This document shows positions 51,801 through 64,000 of a stretch of DNA of 64,000 nucleotides, in pieces. The notes under the pieces are model-generated. The model was not told the origin of the DNA. It was given only the letters and a program-made list of their open reading frames with translations, and searched no databases. This stretch comes from Gnetum montanum. Lineage: Eukaryota > Plantae > Gnetophyta. Location of the stretch: contig MNCI01002794.1 of the NCBI GenBank assembly GCA_015680685.1, positions 78,284-142,283 on the forward strand, read 5' to 3'. Position numbers and translations under genes: made by a program. Each line of letters starts with the position of its first letter. Position 1 is the first letter of the stretch.

Positions 51801-54790
51801 TTTATTTTAACGTTTATCGTTTCCTCTATTGTATTTGTTCTTTTGTTAAACACTCTATATGCCCTACTAACTAGACAATAACCTAAGAAAATTCCTTCAT
51901 CAATTTTTGCATCAAACTTTCTCAAGGTATCTTTATCATTTATGATATAGAAATTTGAACCAAAAATATGTAAGTAAGCTACTAAAGGTTTTCTACCAGT
52001 CTATGGCTCATAAAGGGTTTTGGAAGTGAATTGTCTTACTAGAACTCTGTTTGACATGTCAAAGGCAGTGTTGATAGATTTAGCCTAGAAGTGGTAATGA
52101 AGATCCAAATCATTTAATATCATTCTCCCCATCTCATTTAAGATTTTTTTTTGTTTTTTTAGCTACACCATTTTGTTGAGGAGCTCTTGTAGCAGAGAAT
52201 TGATGTAGAATGTCATTCATTTGACAAACTAGTTTAAATTTTGCATTTTTAAACTCACCTCCATTATTACTTCTAATAATCTTAATACCATATCCTTTTT
52301 CTTTTTGGATCTAATTGGTAATTCTCAAAAAATTATCAAGCACTTCATCTTTGTGATATAAAAAGGAAGCCCAAGTAAAGCAAGAATAATCATCAACAAT
52401 AATTAGAAAATATTGTTTCTTTCATAGGCTAACAATTTGAATTAGACCAACTACATCCATATGAAGTAATTCTAAAGGATGAGGAGTAGAAATACAATTT
52501 TTTTTACCAAATTTTACCCTTGTTTGATTTCCCTTTTAATAGGCTTCACATGTATTTAGATTGAAATCTTTAAGCTTAGGGAGACGATGCACCATTTCTT
52601 TTGTCACTAAGGTCTAGAGAATTTCCTTGTTGATGTGCCCAATTTCCTATGGTAAAGATGTGTATCATCTACACAACTTACTAAACACTTGGATTTAAGG
52701 TTAGGAGAGTTTCCAAACATAGTAGTATATACATTTTCTTTTCTAGATCCTTCAATTACAATATTTCTAGTAGTTAAATCTTGTATTCTACAACTTTCTT
52801 TTGAAAAGGTAGCATTAAAATTGGATTCACAAAGCTGACTCACACTAAGAAGATTATTTTTTAATCCATCAATGAAAAACACTTTGTTCATAGTGGGTAG
52901 TCCCTTACATCTTCCTCCTATGATACCAATACCTATTATGGGTGCTTCCATGTCATCTCCAAATGTGACTATACCACAATTTTATTTTATGAAGTGGGTG
53001 AATTAGGATTTGTCACCTATCACATGCCTTGAACACCCACTATCAATATACCATGTGCTAGCATTGTCATTGGAGAAGATAATTTGTGCCATCAAATTCT
53101 TTTCAATCTTTTCTTGTTTCTTTCTCCAACCTTGCATGTTCTTTTTAGGCTAGTTTTTCAAAAACCAAGAGTGATGATGCATTCTATGATAACACTAAGA
53201 TTGAACATGGCTGCATTTACCACAAAATAAACATTTAAAATTATTTAATCTAGAATATTTTCCAAACCTAGGTAAATGGTATTTTCGATTCTTGGATTTC
53301 TCCGAAGAGCTCTTGTTCATCTACTCAAACATTCTTGTTAATTCTTGAATCTCAGTCCTATAGTATTAGCTCTTCCTTTTGAGGTAAAAGCATTCATCAT
53401 TAAGAATTTTAATTTTTATCTCCTTAGCATGTAAAGAATCTATTATTTCAATGAAAAATTTTTTGAAAGAAAGAATGCTATGGTAAAATGTTTCATACCT
53501 ATCTTCAAAGGAAGCATTATTTGGATAATCATAAGAATTGTTAAATTTACAAGTATAGTCTTCTATCTTTCTAAATGTAAGAAAGGAAATAATACACTTA
53601 CCTTCATAAAAGAGGTGACAAATGAATTGAATGCACCAATTGATAATGTCCATTAGGCTTGATCTAATGCAAAGGATTCCTTTCATGTTCACTCTTCAAG
53701 AGAGCAAGATTACCATGCTTTGATACCACTTGAGGATCATTGAACTTAGAAGGGGAAGGATGAATAAGTTCCTTAAGTTTGAACTTAATGATATACCCAC
53801 ACTAAATTTTAACATGATCCTACAACTTGGGTAGTCCACACTTGGAGGGTAGCTCACAAGCATAGCTAAGAACTTTGTTGCTCTCAACACGTGATTGAAG
53901 GATCCACACCCTGTATAGTCTTCAAGCCCTACTTCAAAGTATTGTGCTACAACACCAATCAAATAACCTTTACAAAGGTCCTATCAAACTTGGAAATGTG
54001 ATTTTAGGGCTTCCACAACCTTTACAATCTTGAGCTCCCCACCAGAGTGTTGTATCATAGCACCAAAAACTCAATCCTGGAGGATCCCAACAAGCTCAAG
54101 CACATCAACCCCATAGTGCAACAAAAACACGAATTACAAGAGATAATTGCAACTTAGTTCTGTGATCCTTGTATAGTTAGGTATAACACACTTTACAATG
54201 CTAAAATGATAAGACAATGAGAAGCAATATAGAATTAAATGATTACAAATGATTATCCAATGAATATAACAAGGCTTTCTCTTTTCCCAATGCACATCAA
54301 GTTTTCTTATAATTGCTTTGCTTCTGAATCCATCTTGGAACTTGTGGTATGGCTAGCCAATGATCACTAATGGTCATGAAAGACATCTTCTTCATGGTTG
54401 AGATGTCTCTCTAAATTTTCCTTTAATTCTTGAAAGATGTCTTTGTTTCATAAAAGATTTCTTTCTAAAGTCTCCATTCTAGAAGATGTCTTTCTTGTAC
54501 TATCCTTCATTTAGTGAATGCATCTTTCTATGATGAAGATGTCTTTGCTTGGAGAAATACATATGCTATTTCTTGAAGATTTCTTTGCCTAAAACCACTT
54601 CAATTCTACCAAGAAATCTACTATTTATCATAGACATCTTTCTTCATCTTCCTTTGCATGATGAACCCTTCATTCCTTGCCCATATCCTTACTCAATTTT
54701 TTCCTACAAGCACAACAATCATAGACATGCAAACAAACTTGTCTTCCATTTTTCTTAATGTTTTGACATATCAAAACCAAAATGTCCATA
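48873..54790 (-). mobile_element. Element F: SIRE-like Ty1/copia retrotransposon without an env-like ORF
   Basis: LTRs 53731-54790 and 48873-49762; PBS TGGTATCAAAGC (tRNA-iMet) 53717-53728; PPT aaagaggaagagat 49763-49776; TSD GTAAT/GTATT (4 of 5 match). Confidence 0.9.
50008..53700 (-). pseudogene. pol: copia gag-pol remnant (PR, INT, RT, RH)
   Basis: [87 protein letters not shown]; LADAF. Confidence 0.95.
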
Positions 54791-57700
54791 GTATTTTCTA
54801 CTCCTTAATAATCTCTTTAAAGATGACCATTTAAGAAGGAAACATGTATCTAATCAAGCAAGAGTATGATACCATCAAATCCAATTAATAGAAATGGACC
54901 TTTTCCAAAGATAAGAGGGAGATCCTAAAGTTTTAAAATGGTATGCTTATAGAAAATATTGTTATTACAATGATAATACTAAGCATGATATAGATAAATG
55001 TAGAAATATGAAAGGTGATAATTAGGATCTTATAGACAAAGGAAAAATAATGGTTGAAAATGAACCATAAATAATGCATCTAGATAATCGATAATTAAAA
55101 GTTTTTAAAGATCCTTTGGGAACTAGAAATGTTATCTCTGGCTTCCATCCAGAAAGGAATACTCACCACTCTCTACCTAAGGAATCATACATCATTCTCT
55201 AGTTTGAATACAAGGATCATAAGCAATAGTCATCATCACTTAAGAAATCATATGTGATTCATTGGTTTAACTATGTAACACCTTCCTCATCACCTATTAA
55301 TTTTTTGCATGCATCTTATTACATAAATTAAACTAGTCACACACCAACATCCCATTTGCCTAACTATCCATCTATAAGATCATGTCATATGATCCTTACT
55401 CATCATCATCCTCCACTATCATAGCTACATAAATCAAAAGCATTATTTCATCAATTATTCTATCCATCCTACTCACATCCTATTTCATACTATCCTATCA
55501 AAATACAAAACATCTCTCCTTACATTACCTAGCTTTTCCATCATCTCAACTGGGGATCCTCACTTGTAGACATTAAAATAATGAATATTAACAAGAAAAA
55601 CACAAAGAAAATGTATCTAATATGCCTAAATAGTACTCTATAGGCCAAAAAAGAGTTTTTTATATAGCAACAAGAATTTATTACTTCAAACAACCTATCT
55701 ACTATATCTAATCTAATACAACTAGGTGAAATTGCACCTCCTCCATAAACATCTCAATTGATGGATAACAAACTATTGCAACAAATGACTACAATTGTAA
55801 AATTTAAAAGGACAAATTTATCTCTATATGATCTTTTATGAAAGAATATCAAACAAATTTATATGATTCTCCTAAAAAAACTATGATTTTAAGAAATATT
55901 TCTACTTAGACTTAGGCTATTTCATTCTTTCTCAAAATGTCTCATTATGGATTAGATAATCTAAACTTTTGTAATTACATGGATTGTTATGAAGGACTTT
56001 GGTCTCATGATTAGCTAGCATTCAATGAAGCTTATACAAACATGATTTTTTTATTAGTATTCAAGTTAAAGATATAGGTTCCATTAGGTTACCTTTTACT
56101 ATTAGATATTTGATATAATCTAAAGCCTTCTTAATTATTATACAAAAATGTTCTAGTATGAATCGAATACTATGATACCCATGGGTAGTTTAAGACTATG
56201 TAGTTTCATTCTACATTCATCAAAAAATAAAATTTTCCTTTCACAATTATAAAGTAATTATTCCTATCAATACCTAAGTTTCAAGTGTTTCATGCTTTAA
56301 TCATGAGACTCAAATATTTCTACTTACAAACAAACCATCCAACAGTAATGTCAAACTTATAGATAAATCTATAGCTTCCCTTCATCCTAAAACTTCTACT
56401 TATTTTTCCACTAAAAACTTGATAGATCTAAATAATGAGTCTAACATTGGTATTAAGTTCATTGATTTAGGATTTGGTGATCTTGATATTTCCCCAAAAT
56501 AGAAAAAATGTCTACTTTTTTCTTTCAATGATACTACTCATGAGATTATCACTAGTCATACTTCTTCTAATACTTAAGTCACTTGAGCTTCTTGTTTACC
56601 ACTTTTTATCAATGAAGCAAAAGGTTATTGATTTTGTTTAAAGTGGAAAACGTATACTAGCATTTGTTAGGATTAATTTTCTTTCAAATTTTATATTATC
56701 TCTTTCTTTTACTTAGCATTTTCCCCATCAAGTTTTGTTGCTTATAGTTAGCTACCAATGTTAATAGTAAGACATATTAGATTTACATGTTTTACCATTT
56801 GCATTATTTCTAAGCTACTATGATACACTATAATAGCCAAATTAGGAATGATGTAGAAACTATCATTTTATTTCTTTTCTGTTTTCTTACAATATCATGT
56901 TACATATGAATTTTACTAATGTTATTACAAAATTAATGCTAATGTTATTTACACTTTACAAACCAAAGTTAATGAGTAGCGAGTATCCCCTACACCCAAC
57001 CATATGAATCAAAACTGTGTACTAGCAATCTGATTAAATTTCAGACTTAGTTCCTAAGTTCACCCATAATCTTAGATAGTGACTCAAGATAATTTATGAT
57101 CGTTTTCTTCCTAACCCACACTTATGTTTTACATGCAAATGGTTAAATGTGAGTTAAGTCTTATGATGTATATTTTTGTAAGTGTTTTTATATATTTTCT
57201 TGTCCTAAGGTCTAGATGAATAAATGAAGATATAAGAATTAATTATCTAATTACTCATCTACTCTAGTGGCTAACTATCCTAACATAACTAGCTATTCCC
57301 ACCTATGACACACATCCTAAACTAGTATCCACACTACTAGATTACCAAGTGGTGATTACTGGATGTACCAAATGGCCACTACTAGGATTACCAAGAAAAA
57401 TATGTTATGCTTGAAGTGGTCATTTTATGTGTTCATGATTAAACACATTAATTAATTACAAATAGGAATTTAAAGTGCATTAAAATTAGAATCTAATTAA
57501 GTAAGATTAAACTATTCTAAGTTTTGCAATGAATGTCAAAAATCTAATCTTTATTAATGGTTACACCAATGCATTTAGATTCATGATGCTTCAATAAAGA
57601 TCCATACAATCTCTTGAATTCACACTGTGAGCACTCAAAGGAAAATATTCTAACTCTACAAAAATAAAACTATAAGAGCTTCACTACAATATGGAATTAA

Positions 57701-58084
57701 CATGCCATAAATCTATTTGGTGCTCACATTTATATAGGCTCTACCTAAATTAGTGTCGACGCATGTTATCATGTGTCAACTAGGATATGTCGATGGAGAT
57801 GCATCGATGCATGCCCGTCAACATAGCTTGTATATATGATGCTTCATCATATCTCCACAAATAGCTAAAAACTCTTCCTCGGGTGAACAAAACCAAGATA
57901 TAGCTTCTTATAAAATTTCAAGAAGTATGAAATTTATTCACTAAAAAACAACAAACTAATTGATTGACTAACTTTGAGTGCCATATTGTATGGAGTTCCA
58001 AAATTGGTATGCATGACAACAAAATTGAACACTTTTATAAAATTACAGTAGGTACCCTTGACTTATCAAAGATAAGTTGAATTT

Positions 58085-61000
58085 TCAAATAGTTCCTAGG
58101 GGTGGATGCTCTTGTAATGCTGAAGGTCCTTTGCCAAGTTCTAACACTAATGGTGTTTAAGGTGGTTGAGGCTAACCTACTATTGGTAGCAAAAGTTTAA
58201 AAGAATCTAGAAGCACTTTCATTTTCTCCTCCTTACACATGAGTTGTAAGCAATCCATGAGGCTTCATTGATGTGGGTTGGTGTAGGGACATCTCGAGGG
58301 CATGACATCACAAGAAACAACTCCTTTGTATTGACAAACCACATTTCGAATCATTTGCATTTAATATCAAATGTCTTCACTAGGTTCTATAGCTCATAGT
58401 AGTTGTTCATCCTTCTAGCCAGGTTGTTAGCAAAAAATAATTGATTATTGAATATAATCATAAGAACTTCAAGCTCTATGTTGGTTGTTTCCAACTATTG
58501 CTTGGTCTCCTTGCAATGCTTGAATTCTACCTCATACAAGAGGTAGGAAATGATCACCTACTTTTTTACTTTGATCCTTAACCTCTCTACTATCATCATA
58601 GCCAAGTTTATATAACAAAGATTAGCAAGTTCCATATACTTTATCATATCCTCAATTTGCAAATCCTTTAGGTGGATTTCTACCTAGTTGTATGTATTTA
58701 AGTCATCAAAGATAGGCTATGATACATTGCCTATTTAATGAAGTTATTGGAAGGCCTCATTCATCTTTGTCTTCATTAATTATATCTCTTTTTCATTTAC
58801 CTCTTTGAGGATCCCAATCTAGGCCCATGTAATGATTCTTAACTTGTTCAAATTTCAAGGTACTCAGACTTCTAATGTGCATTTTCTAATGAAGCACTCA
58901 AACTTCATCCATTAAGAGATTCCAATTCTTTGTTGCTGATGGGACGCGATATCGCATGGGCCGCGATATTGCGTACGCGATATCGTGGCAGTCGCGATAT
59001 TGCATCCTCCCTTGCAATATCACGTACGTGATATTGCGGTGCACTATCATATCTATAAATAAGAGGTGGCTCTCCCTTATTTCCTCATCCTAGGCAAGAT
59101 AGTAGGGAAACTCTAGTAGATTGATCACTCCAGGGAGAATATTTTCCATGTGCCCGTAGTAGGAGTCCCAAAGTGAACAGATCTTTATTCGAGCAAACAT
59201 TGTACCTAAACATAAGTTCGTGTTTGGAAATAAAGATGAGCTTCATGGATAAACCTTGCAATGCATGGAATAGGATTTTATTACATGTTATTTATTGCTT
59301 TCTCTCTCACCCTTATCTCCTAGTAACGCGGAATGAGTACGACTTGATTACGAGCATTTAAGGATGTGTACAGATGATTAAGGAACGGATGCTCATCGTG
59401 CTTAGGCTAGATTAGATTCTCTCACCCTTTCCTCCTAGTTAAGTGCCTCAGCACAACCACTTCAAGCACGTGCATTACACGTGGGATCCCAGCAACGATT
59501 AGCATTTGGTAACCACGGTTGCATCGGTTCAGGGTGTGTATGGTAAGTGGGAACAGATGCTGACACTAGGTAATTTAGACTTAGCTCATTAGTTAGAGTT
59601 AGTAATTAGTTTCTCAACCCTTCACCTTGGTAGCATAGGAGACATAAAACATAAAAAGCATAAAAATCATATACCTCAGACTTGCTTAACCATACACCGT
59701 GACAACTACAAGTAAGTCTAGGAAGACAACGAATAATTAACCCTAAGTGTTGCATGGGGCGTGTAGGCATTTAGTTTGTGGAGTTTGACCAGATTGTGCA
59801 TGCTATGTTCGTATTCATATGGTTGAGTGTAGGGGTATCTTGCCACTCATCAATTGCCAACCTCCTTAGATCAGGATTCACCTTGGCTAGATTCTCCTAC
59901 TATTATTAGATAAGTTTGATCTTTTGGTCCTTTTGTTATTTGACATTTCCCATGTGAGGAAGATCTTTGGTAAGATCCAAGTTCTCTTTACAGACTTGTG
60001 ACAAGTCCTTGTTAGTGCTGAAGGTCATGGCTTCTCACAAGGATGCATTAAAGACCATTGGATCCTTTGCATTCTTAAACTCTCTAATTTTATGTTGAAG
60101 CTATTAAAAATCTTCATCCCTTATGATTTTTTGATTGAGAATTATGGGATCAAAGAGATGAGCTCGTAACTCCACAGCTTTGATAGCTAACCATTGGTTC
60201 TCAATGTGGCTACCTATAGTTGGGCATTGATAATGAGTTTGCCCTTCATCTCAAGTAGCAATGGGGGGTTATGATAATTTCATTTAGGAGATAAAATATC
60301 TTCAAAATTGGTTTTCTAGAACCCATTAGTCATTCCAATAATTCTTCTTGTTGGATTACAATTACCTGACCACTTCCCACTCTTACAAATGTTTGAATAT
60401 CCACCATCACAACAACGTGTAGCATAGATGCCATAGGAGCATTTATGGATTCTACTATCTTATTGACCACCACCTTTATTGATTTCTACTATCCTTGGTT
60501 CTACATCACCAAAATAGATACCCCTTTACCCTCCTCTAAGAAGACCAATAAAGTTATGACATTTACAAAGATTTCAAGGAATTACTATCTAGGGCTGAAC
60601 ATGGTAACTTCTCAAGCACTAGAATTTATTCTTATGAGTGTCTAACCCCTTTGTGTTAAGAATAGAAAGGTAATTTCCTCTAGCCAACTAATGGTCCTTG
60701 TGAACTTATTTAGATGGCTTAATGTAGGATACTAAATTGATGGTTTCTTGCCACCTATTAAGCCTTGTTACTACTATAGCTACTACTCATGAAGTTTCCA
60801 AAGCCTTTTGGTAGCTATCAGTACCTCTGACATGGTTTCTCCTATAGCTAGTGATGGTGGTGGCCTCTCTTCTTCCAAAAATTTCACTACTACCTTATCC
60901 ATCATCATCTCCTACCAAGATGCATCAAGAGCATGATGAATCATGTTATTGGCATAGCATGCTATGCCTCCCCTTCTACAAAGTTTTCTGATTAAGCATA

Positions 61001-61826
61001 GGAGAGAGACTATCTTTCCTCCTTTTTCATTCTCTTTCAATTGCTTCTAGATAGATAAGTTGTGGAAGGTTAACCTAGAAATTTTTAGTTAGAGCGGTGC
61101 ACACATAGGAGGAGGATGTTGTGATCTTACTTGGCCTCAAAATGGAATTCAGGTGATAGGACATGATTTTGAAGTAGACACACCCCACCTTCATGAGTGC
61201 ATCATACTCCTTATGGTCCACTCCATAATAACATTGGATCCATTCTTTCTTAGCTTTTGGATCTACTTGGATGAAGATTTCCACTAATGTTAATCTTGTA
61301 TTAGGAAAATCAAGGATCTCCACAATGGTCTCAATTGAGTAGGAGACTATGATATATTTGATTTTAACAAATACATCTCCTTACTAGTTGTTGTAGAATA
61401 AATGGGTCTTTCCCATGTACCATTTTCCACTATAAGAGAGAATGGACCACATGGGAGACTCTTGTAATTCTGTTTGGACTTTCTTAAGTGTCAACTTCAA
61501 GAAGGATCCAAAGATTAATTCTCAAAGAACTAAACTATGAATCTCATTGGTTCTTTTTCTTTTCAAGCAAGCCTCCATTAGTGTGATTTCAAGGTTAGGC
61601 CTTGGCCTTAGTGCTCCATCCTACTTGGATGGGCCAATATCTATAGTGGAAATCCCAGAATAGATTTCACTTTGGTCTCCTCTTAAAGAGGTCTTGTTAC
61701 ATGGGTTGCCTTGACCTCTTGTTCTTGGTGCTACTGTAGTTGTTGTCACTAGCCCCTTCCTCCTTGTGGCCACATCTTCCTCAGCTAGAAAGGTCCTTTG
61801 GTTGCTGCTCCCTTCTTTGGTACCAT
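58085..61826 (-). pseudogene. 3' extra ORF of element E, interrupted by a solo LTR
   Basis: Homolog of 30836-33652; ATGGTACCAAAG preceded by acceptor CATAG; 5'-UTR intron 62110-61827. Confidence 0.8.
58937..59852 (+). mobile_element. Young solo LTR (D/E-related family)
   Basis: TGATG...CATCA; TSD GTTGC/ATTGC; CpG-rich GCGATATCGC array followed by ctataaata at ~59053. Confidence 0.92.
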
Positions 61827-63959
61827 CTATGATCACAAATGTAATCTTGGATTAGCATTTTAATTAGTAACCATTAGTTCCATTGATACCTTTCTTAGTA
61901 GGTCTAGTTAGACATAGGTTTGTTTATGATCTTGGTAGGCTTATTATTTTAATAATCTGCTACCAAAGTTTGTTTTTGAGATTTTAATCCTATTTTTGGG
62001 ATGATTATTTTAATATTATTCTTAAGGGTGATCCTTGAAGAATTAGAAAAATTCCAAAAAAAATTCTATCATAAACCAAAGGTTTGTATCCCCCACAATA
62101 TATAGCTTACCTCTAATAGCTATGGGATCAAAGAACAAGGTGAACCGGGTGACCAATTTGAAAGTTAGATCAATTGGAAGATCTTTGGACTTTGAAAAAT
62201 GGAAAAATTCATCTCATTTGAAGGAAAATGGTAGAAATAATGGCCAATTTTCATGCATATTTATACTATTTTTCTGCAACATTGACAAGGATGTGTCAAT
62301 GCATTGGCCTACATGGACAAGAATGCATCGACATAGCTATTTGAGAAAATACTTCACATTGAAAAACTGAGTATTTTTAAAAAGTTGAGGATAAAAAAAG
62401 ATCCCAAAGGAAGCCAAAAAATCATACAAATATGGAAAGTGAAATAGGATATTAAATTCATTAAGAAAAAGAAAATTTATTGGATTATGATGAACTCAGG
62501 ATGCCAAAATAGTGCAAACTGGACATTCAAAAGAGATAATGAGAAGATTGATAACAAAAATGAGTAAGGGATAGGAAGTTTAACTAGAAAATAATAATGG
62601 ACATGTAAGTGGATCCTCCCCAAAGATGATTCATGTCAGTAATGCTCTTACATGCTCTCATCACTAGGATTCCATAGGCATCAAGGATGATTAATGGTCT
62701 TAGAAGTTATAAATCGAATCCATATGAGAGATCATTAGAGGACTATGCACTACCAAAATAGACATATCAAGTCACCATGATATGAAGTAGTGAGGTGATT
62801 GATGATGGATGTAGAAGAGTGGAAGATAAAGGGATTGGTAAGGGAATCACATCTTAGACACATTAAGTTCTTGTGGGATTTGTATTTAACCTGATCAAAT
62901 ACCATCTCATCCTTGGTGAAGACCAAGTCCATCCATGTTCAATAACTTTGCATTATCATATCTTGACCATTTAACTAGCAAGAATTTAAGGCCATTCCCA
63001 AAAAACCAACATCACTCTAAGAGAAGAAGAAGAAAGAAGTAGGAAGATAAGAAGGATCTTAGTTAGAGGAGTGTTATTAGGCATGGGTAACATGTCTTTC
63101 CATCCCCATAACTAGTGCTTGTATCTTGTTATTTTATCTAAGGAATGTGATTTGAATTCCCATGTTTTTTGTGAATGGGAACCATACCACGCAAAGACAT
63201 GCTTCTTGTTATGGTTGACAATAGGAGTGATGAAAGGTTGATGAGAATGCTCATAAAATTTAAGAAGGAAGTTGGGAACATAGTATGATAAATGTCGTTG
63301 AAGTCACATCCTTTCCCATCCTACTTGATCCATTCCAATTATATTAAGTATCATAATCATTAATTACTTTTAATTTTAGATGTGAAAGGACCTCATGCTT
63401 CCAAGATACATAGCCTCTTAGATCTTGATGAAATGGATGGAAGTTGTGGACTCACTACTTGAAATAATCATAAAATTAATAATCTGTTAATTGAGAACAT
63501 AATTCTGAGATAAAATCTAGCCAATTATCGATCAATCACAACATTAATGAACTTTCAAAAGTAGCAACACTAACAGGGAGAACTTGAGATTCTATATATA
63601 TATATATATAAGAAATTGGAAAATATGCAAGAAAATAGAAAACATATGAAAAATAGTGCAAAACAAAAAGGTTAAAAAAGTGAAGAACAATTACAGAGGA
63701 TCAACATGGATGGACATCTCACCCATGACTAAGTTCGAAAAAGAAGATTTGAAAGATAGGACATGCTCACCCATCAGTTGAGGTGTTTGTGTCATTAGTT
63801 ATCCTGGGTTCTAGGAAAGCTTTCACTTGTTGAATGTTGACTAGCAACTATTTATCTAGGCTAGAATGATGGTAAATCATCATGGATCCAAAAAGAAAAG
63901 TTGTATGAATAACATAATGTCCTTCCTATAGCATTTGAAATTCTATATTGTAACACATG

Positions 63960-64000
63960 TGATGAGACGCGGTTTGCGTCGGCCGTGATATCGCGTACGC
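63960..64000 (+). mobile_element. Start of a second young LTR of the same family, inserted in E integrase
   Basis: tgatgagacgcg...gtgatatcgcgtacgc resembles 58937-58980. Confidence 0.8.

Larger units (their letters stand above)
45950..56700 (+). mobile_element. Element G: very decayed Tat-like element (LTR ending 47247, PBS 47254-47270, gag-protease remnants), interrupted by copia F
   Basis: cctataaatagg at 46392; ...cataaca then tggtgctataaggaggg; KYCYY..TKHDIDKCRNMKGDI*DLIDKG at ~54955-55045 matches the A/B gag knuckle. Both outer boundaries are approximate. Confidence 0.6.
56970..64000 (-). mobile_element. Element E: Athila-like relative of D (3' LTR 56970-57849, extra ORF, spacer, integrase C-terminus), continuing beyond the window
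   Basis: Colinear with 29665-35930; LVNIQQVKAF at ~63817-63846. Confidence 0.87.

Overview
AT-rich, CpG/CpHpG-depleted plant-type repetitive DNA. I found no host gene. The window is a nest of decayed LTR retrotransposons whose boundaries can mostly be fixed from LTR termini, primer-binding sites (PBS) and target-site duplications (TSD). (A) A Tat/Ogre-like Ty3/gypsy element on the minus strand, 5' LTR 8165-10226, runs off the left edge. (B) A related full-length element at 12305-45614 (TSD CTATC) contains (D) an Athila-like element at 29665-42665 (TSD CTCAC), which contains a solo LTR of family A at 39059-41432 (TSD CACAT). (G) A very old plus-strand Tat-like element is interrupted by (F) a SIRE-like Ty1/copia at 48873-54790. 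(E) A relative of D runs from 56970 to the window end and carries two young CpG-rich LTR insertions. Two observations stand out. First, A and B each carry a multi-exon antisense gene with six introns at matching positions, directly after gag-protease; in B it lies between protease and RT. Second, in B, D and E a lineage-specific CpG-type motif cluster sits upstream of both the LTR TATA box and the accessory gene's own TATA-like box, which suggests an element-encoded sequence-specific activator or anti-silencing system. All ORFs are pseudogenised and all alignments were made by eye.
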